Shown piece after piece: positions 37,075 through 41,495 of a stretch of 41,495 nucleotides of DNA. The stretch is from an uncultured Gemmatimonadota bacterium (GTDB lineage Bacteria > GCA-2686955), in NCBI GenBank assembly GCA_964490075.1, contig CAZBBK010000052.1, forward strand, positions 1 through 41,495, given 5' to 3'. Position numbers and translations under genes: made by a program. Position 1 is the first letter of the stretch. Each line of letters begins with the position of its first letter. The notes under the pieces were generated by a model that saw only the letters and a program-made list of their open reading frames with translations, searched no databases and was not told where the DNA came from.

Positions 37075-38313
37075 ATGATCTACAAGCTCCGTCTGCTCCA
37101 GCAGAAGTTGAGCGCGATGGTCAGGCGCTTTCCGGTGGTCGTGGTGACCGGTGCCCGGCAGGTAGGCAAGAGCACTCTGCTTCAGCACGTGCTCGCGGAC
37201 TGGGACCATGTGGTCTTCGATCCGGTTGTCGATGTTGCGGGGGCGAGAGAGGATCCGGAGCTCTTTCTCGACAACCACCCCCCTCCATTGGTTCTGGATG
37301 AGATCCAGTTCGCGCCGCAGTTGGTGCCGGTGATCAAACGGCGGGTCGATTCAGAACGCGACGAGCCAGGGCGATACGTGCTGACCGGTTCGCAACAATG
37401 GGCGGTCATGAAGGAGATCGGCGAGTCGCTGGCCGGGCGCGCGGTGTTCCTGGATCTACACGGCTTCAGCCTTGCCGAGATCGCGGATGCGACTCGATCG
37501 GATCACTGGCTCCGGCGCTACCTGGAGAACCCCGAGGCTTTCGTTGCACTGCTTCCTCCGCGCCTCACGACCCAGCGCACGCTCTACGAGCAGCTCTGGG
37601 CCGGCTTCCTCCCCGAAGCAGACACCCTCGAGCCGGATTGGATCGACGATTTCTACCGAGCCTATTTGCGCACCTACGTCGAGCGCGATGTGCGCTCGAT
37701 CGCCGACATCGACGATTGGCAGCAATTCGGTCGGTTCGTACGGCTCATCGCCGCATTGACAGCCACGGAGATCAACCACTCACAGCTCGGGCGAGAGCTC
37801 GGGATCACACCGCAAACCTGTCGCCGCTGGCTGGCGATACTCTCGGCGACATTCCAGTGGCACGAGATTCCTCCCTATCACGGCAACACGATCAAGCGCG
37901 TCAGCAAGAAGCCCAAGGGACACTTCTCCGACACCGGACTCGCATGCAGTTTGCAGGCGGTGTCCACCGCACGGGCTCTCGCCGGTCACCCGCTCACCGG
38001 TGCGCTTTTCGAGTCGGCGGTGGTTGGTGAGATTCGAAAGCTGTCGGCGACGATTCCAGCGCCCCCGAATCTCTATCACTGGCGCAGTCACGGCGGTGCC
38101 GAGGTCGATGTCATTCTCGAACGAGACGGTCGCTTTCACCCCGTCGAGATCAAGCTCAATTCGAATCCCGGCCGCGGCGCCTTGCGCGGTATCCGCGCCT
38201 TCCGAGAAACCTACACGAGGCTCGACATCGCGCCGGGGTTGATCATCTGCCCAGCGGATGAAGGCCGCAGGATCGGGGAGCGGGATGCTCTTCTACCCTG
38301 GGATAGCAGCTGA
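37075..38313 (+). CDS. AAA_14-family ATPase with DUF4143 (C-terminal PD-(D/E)xK-like) domain
   Basis: TGARQVGKSTL, LDEIQ, LTGSQ, ESLAGR, YLRTYVERDV, KKPK..FSDTGL, LFES, EVDVILE...PVEIK. Confidence 0.9.
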   Translation: MIYKLRLLQQKLSAMVRRFPVVVVTGARQVGKSTLLQHVLADWDHVVFDPVVDVAGAREDPELFLDNHPPPLVLDEIQFAPQLVPVIKRRVDSERDEPGRYVLTGSQQWAVMKEIGESLAGRAVFLDLHGFSLAEIADATRSDHWLRRYLENPEAFVALLPPRLTTQRTLYEQLWAGFLPEADTLEPDWIDDFYRAYLRTYVERDVRSIADIDDWQQFGRFVRLIAALTATEINHSQLGRELGITPQTCRRWLAILSATFQWHEIPPYHGNTIKRVSKKPKGHFSDTGLACSLQAVSTARALAGHPLTGALFESAVVGEIRKLSATIPAPPNLYHWRSHGGAEVDVILERDGRFHPVEIKLNSNPGRGALRGIRAFRETYTRLDIAPGLIICPADEGRRIGERDALLPWDSS

Positions 38314-38448
38314 CTCCCGCCCTCGCTTCGCTGCCCTGCGCGGACCCTTGGGCAGCGGATCATGGGCTGGACGGCGGATGACCCCGAGCCCCGCGAGGGA
38401 GTAGTCTCGCCTCTCCCTGATCCGCCGCGACCCCCACCCCGACCGCAG

Positions 38449-41355
38449 ATGTCCAGCGCTCCTCTTCCCACCGACCGCGCCGCCGACGTGATCGGCATCG
38501 ATCTCGGAACCACCAACTGCGCCGTGGCCTGGGCCTCGGGCGAGGCGATCGCCGGCGGCCGGGTGTCGATCCGGGGCTTCGACGTTCCGCAGCTCCTGCG
38601 CGAGGGCGAGGTCGGGCCGCATCCGGTGCTGCCTTCGTTCCTCTACTTCGCGCAGGGCGCCGAGGCGGCACCCGAGAGCTTCGCACTGCCCTGGCGGGCG
38701 CCGGACGACGACGACGCCCTGGAGGTGGTGGGACTGTGCGCGCGGGAGCTGGGCGCTCGCACCCAGGGGCGCCTGGTGGCCTCGGCCAAGTCGTGGCTCT
38801 GCCACGCCCGGGTCGACCGCGGCGCCAAGATCCTGCCCTGGGGCGGGGGCGAGGGCCAGGTCTCTCCGGTCGAGGCGTCGGCCCGTTACCTGAGCCACAT
38901 CCGCCGCGCCTGGAACCACGTGCATGCAGCGGCCGACGCGGGGCGAGCGGCCGAGCGCCAGGATGTGGTGGTCACGGTCCCGGCCTCCTTCGACGAGGCG
39001 GCGCGCGAGCTGAGCGTCGAGGCGGCGCGCCAGGCCGGCTTCGCCCACGTCACCCTGCTCGAGGAACCGCAGGCCGCGCTCTATGCCTGGATCGACCGCC
39101 TGGGCGACGACTGGGCGGCGACGCTGAGCCCGGGCCAGGTGATCCTGGTGGTCGATATCGGCGGCGGCACCACCGACCTGAGCCTGATCCGGGTCGGCGA
39201 GAGCGCCCGCGGCGAGGCGACCCTGGAGCGCTTCGCGGTCGGCCGCCACCTGATGCTGGGCGGCGACAACATGGACCTGGCGCTGGCCCACGTGGCAGAG
39301 AGCAGCATGGGCTCTCCCGCGCTCGACGCCCAGCGCTGGCAGGCGCTGACCCAGCGCTGCCGCGGCGCCAAGGAGCAGCTGCTGCGGCGCGGCGGTCCCG
39401 AGCGGCTGCCGGTGCAGGTACTGGGCAGCGGCAGCTCGGTGATCGGCGGCGCCCACAGCGCCGAGCTCGAGCGCGCCGACGTCGACCGGCTGCTGCTGGA
39501 CGGCTTCCTGCCCCTGGTCGAGGCATCTGCCCGCCCCCGCGAGGAGCGCCGCGGCGGCCTGCAGGAGCTCGGTCTGCCCTATGAGCCCGACCCGGCGATC
39601 ACCCGCCACCTGGCCGACTTCCTGGGGCGCCACGCCGCCCCGGGGGCCCCCCTGCTGGTGCCCGACGCGCTGCTATTCAACGGCGGCGCGCTCAAGGGCT
39701 CCGGGGTGCGGCGGCGCATCCTGCGCCAGCTCGAGCGCTGGGCCGAGGAGGCCGCCGCCACGCCGCCGCTGCTGCTCGAAGGTGCCCCCCTCGACCTGGC
39801 GGTGGCGCGCGGCGCCGCCTACTACGGGGCGGTGCGCCGCGGCCTGGGAGTGCGCATCGGCGGCGGGTCGGCACGCGCCTACTACGTGCAGGTGGAGCGC
39901 GACGCGGCGGAACGCCCTCCGGCCGGCGCCGAGGGGCCGGTCGAGGCCCTGTGCATCGCCCCCCGCGGCCTGGAGGAGGGCGAGTCGGTGCAGATCAGCG
40001 GCCACGACTTCCGGGTTCGCGCCAACCGCCCGGTGTCGTTCCAGATGCTGGCCTCGAGCGCCCGCGAGGGCGACCGCCCCGGCGACCTGGTGGCGGCGGC
40101 GCGCGCCTCGATGGAGCCGCTGCCGCCGATCTTGACCGTGCTGCGCTTCGGCAAGCCGAGCAGCCAGCGCCAGATCCCGATCCGCCTGGCCGCCCGCCTG
40201 ACCGAGGTCGGCACCCTGGAGCTGTGGTGCGAGGCGGTCGACACCGACCACCGCTGGCGCCTCGACATGCAGCTGCGCGGCGCCCTCGGCGGAGGCCCTT
40301 CCGGCGGCGCCGATCCCGATGCGCCGACCGACGCCGAACGTCTGCCCGAGCATCTGCTCGAGCGCGCGGGCGCCCTGGTGCGCGCCGCCCTCGCTCCCGC
40401 CGACCACGACCCGCCCCCCGGCCTCGACCTGCCCGCGCCGCCCTCGGCCGAGGGCCTGGCCCGGCAGCTCCCGCTGGTCCTCGACCAGCCGCGCGAGCGC
40501 TGGAGCCTGAGCACCGCCCGCCATCTCTGGACCGAGCTCTTCCAGCTGCGTGCCCGCCGCCAGGCCAGCGAGCCGATCGAGGCCCGCTGGCTGAACCTGG
40601 TCGGCTACTGCCTGCGCCCCGGCTTCGGCTACGCCCTGGATGACTGGCGCATCAACGAGCTCTGGAAGCTCTTCCATGGCGGCACGACCTGGGCGCGTTC
40701 GGACCGTTGCCGCGCCGAGTGGTGGACCTTGTGGCGGCGGGTCAGCGGCGGGCTCAGCGCGGGCCAGCAGAACCACGCTCTGGGGCAGATGGAGAAACTC
40801 TTGCAGCCAGCGAAACCCGCCGGGGCACGCAAGAAGCGCAAGGGGAAGTCCGGGGCCGGCGCGCCGTCCTCGCGGCGTCTGGCTGCCCGCGAAGGGATGG
40901 AGCTCCTGATGGCCGCGGCGTCGTTCGAGCGCATCGAGCCGGCACGCAAGGAGCGCCTCGCCGAGCATCCCCTACGATCCCTGTCCAAAGGGCAAGCCCA
41001 CCGTCAAGAGCTGTGGATCCTGACCCGCCTGGGCGCGCGCCGGCCGCTCTACGGTCCGGCCAATCTGGTGCTGCCGGCCGAGCGGGTGCAGCCCTGGATC
41101 GAGGCCCTGCTGGGCGCCGACCGGCCCGCCACGGGCGCTCTCGCCGACGCTTTGGTGTCGCTGGGGCGGCGCACCGGCGACCGGGTGCGCGACGTCGATG
41201 TCGAGCTGCGCGACAATATTCGCGGTCGCCTGGAGGCGGACGGCGCCGCTCGGCAACAGATCGCCGCCCTCGACGAGGCTTCCGACCTCGACACCGATAC
41301 CGCGGCGAGCCTCTTTGGCGACAGTTTACCGCCCGGGCTGGTGCTGCGGGGGTAG
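38449..41355 (+). CDS. Non-canonical Hsp70-family protein with C-terminal DUF3731-like helical domain (long paralog)
   Basis: GIDLGTTNC, VTVPASFD, LLEEPQAA, DIGGGTTDLS, GGDNMD, LFNGG; tail WLNLVGYCLRPGFG..DDWR, WWTLWRRVSGGL, LGARRPLYG, RRTGDRVRD, FGDSLPPGL. Start ATG 38449 (38362 possible); about 968 aa. Confidence 0.9.
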   Translation: MSSAPLPTDRAADVIGIDLGTTNCAVAWASGEAIAGGRVSIRGFDVPQLLREGEVGPHPVLPSFLYFAQGAEAAPESFALPWRAPDDDDALEVVGLCARELGARTQGRLVASAKSWLCHARVDRGAKILPWGGGEGQVSPVEASARYLSHIRRAWNHVHAAADAGRAAERQDVVVTVPASFDEAARELSVEAARQAGFAHVTLLEEPQAALYAWIDRLGDDWAATLSPGQVILVVDIGGGTTDLSLIRVGESARGEATLERFAVGRHLMLGGDNMDLALAHVAESSMGSPALDAQRWQALTQRCRGAKEQLLRRGGPERLPVQVLGSGSSVIGGAHSAELERADVDRLLLDGFLPLVEASARPREERRGGLQELGLPYEPDPAITRHLADFLGRHAAPGAPLLVPDALLFNGGALKGSGVRRRILRQLERWAEEAAATPPLLLEGAPLDLAVARGAAYYGAVRRGLGVRIGGGSARAYYVQVERDAAERPPAGAEGPVEALCIAPRGLEEGESVQISGHDFRVRANRPVSFQMLASSAREGDRPGDLVAAARASMEPLPPILTVLRFGKPSSQRQIPIRLAARLTEVGTLELWCEAVDTDHRWRLDMQLRGALGGGPSGGADPDAPTDAERLPEHLLERAGALVRAALAPADHDPPPGLDLPAPPSAEGLARQLPLVLDQPRERWSLSTARHLWTELFQLRARRQASEPIEARWLNLVGYCLRPGFGYALDDWRINELWKLFHGGTTWARSDRCRAEWWTLWRRVSGGLSAGQQNHALGQMEKLLQPAKPAGARKKRKGKSGAGAPSSRRLAAREGMELLMAAASFERIEPARKERLAEHPLRSLSKGQAHRQELWILTRLGARRPLYGPANLVLPAERVQPWIEALLGADRPATGALADALVSLGRRTGDRVRDVDVELRDNIRGRLEADGAARQQIAALDEASDLDTDTAASLFGDSLPPGLVLRG

Positions 41356-41495
41356 GCCAGCCGGCGGCCGGTGCTGCGGTCTGTTGTCCCCTGATCTTCC
41401 GGCGGCAGCGCTATCCGCTGCTGAGGGAGTGGGGAAACTCCCGCAGAAATCTCCTTCGCACCGATTCTGCCCTTCCACGCCCCAAGTACAGCGCT

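Noticed and set aside
34150-37278. 1042-aa minus-strand ORF (likewise 29701-32274, 33120-35030, 38293-39633, 5136-6866)
   Set aside because: Antisense shadows of motif-rich plus-strand genes; long stop-free frames are expected at this GC content and show no recognisable motifs.
29812-41355. Calling either Hsp70-like gene dnaK, hscA or hscC
   Set aside because: The canonical linker and substrate-binding motifs are absent and there is no dnaJ or isc context.
1-41495. CRISPR array, tRNA, rRNA, integrase or prophage genes
   Set aside because: No regularly spaced repeats or RNA-gene signatures seen by eye, and intergenic gaps are short; a tRNAscan/Infernal run would be needed to exclude small RNAs formally.

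Overview
GC-rich bacterial window with Myxococcota/deltaproteobacterial-style gene content; taxonomy cannot be fixed from sequence alone. About 27 credible CDSs; no rRNA, tRNA or CRISPR array seen. Left to right: a 5'-truncated GH119/GH57-type alpha-glucan hydrolase with a starch-binding module; a divergent YyaL/SSP411 protein; a degenerate TIM-barrel gene and a large Ser/Thr kinase-AAA protein converging on an FHA-histidine kinase-receiver hybrid; a minus-strand run (2-hydroxyacyl-CoA dehydratase beta/alpha subunits, activase, extended SDR, GH15-like hydrolase, the FHA kinase); an AbiEii-type toxin with an unusual upstream partner and an operator-overlapped sigma70 promoter; a REP-like doublet; an FN3 lipoprotein plus outer-membrane beta-barrel; a secreted esterase; a two-module beta-helix gene broken by two G-homopolymer frameshifts plus an LVIVD protein; an MNT-HEPN toxin-antitoxin pair; a peroxiredoxin-like selenoprotein (in-frame UGA in a UxxC motif, missed by the ORF track); and a DUF2760/Hsp70-like/Hsp70-DUF3731 locus split by a Wzy-type polysaccharide cassette with a BY pseudokinase, a 288-bp MITE with a 10-bp target duplication, and an AAA_14-DUF4143 ATPase. 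Best candidate for an undescribed system: DUF2760 looks like a membrane-anchored GrpE-like factor serving two non-canonical Hsp70 ATPases. All family calls come from motif recognition, not database searches.
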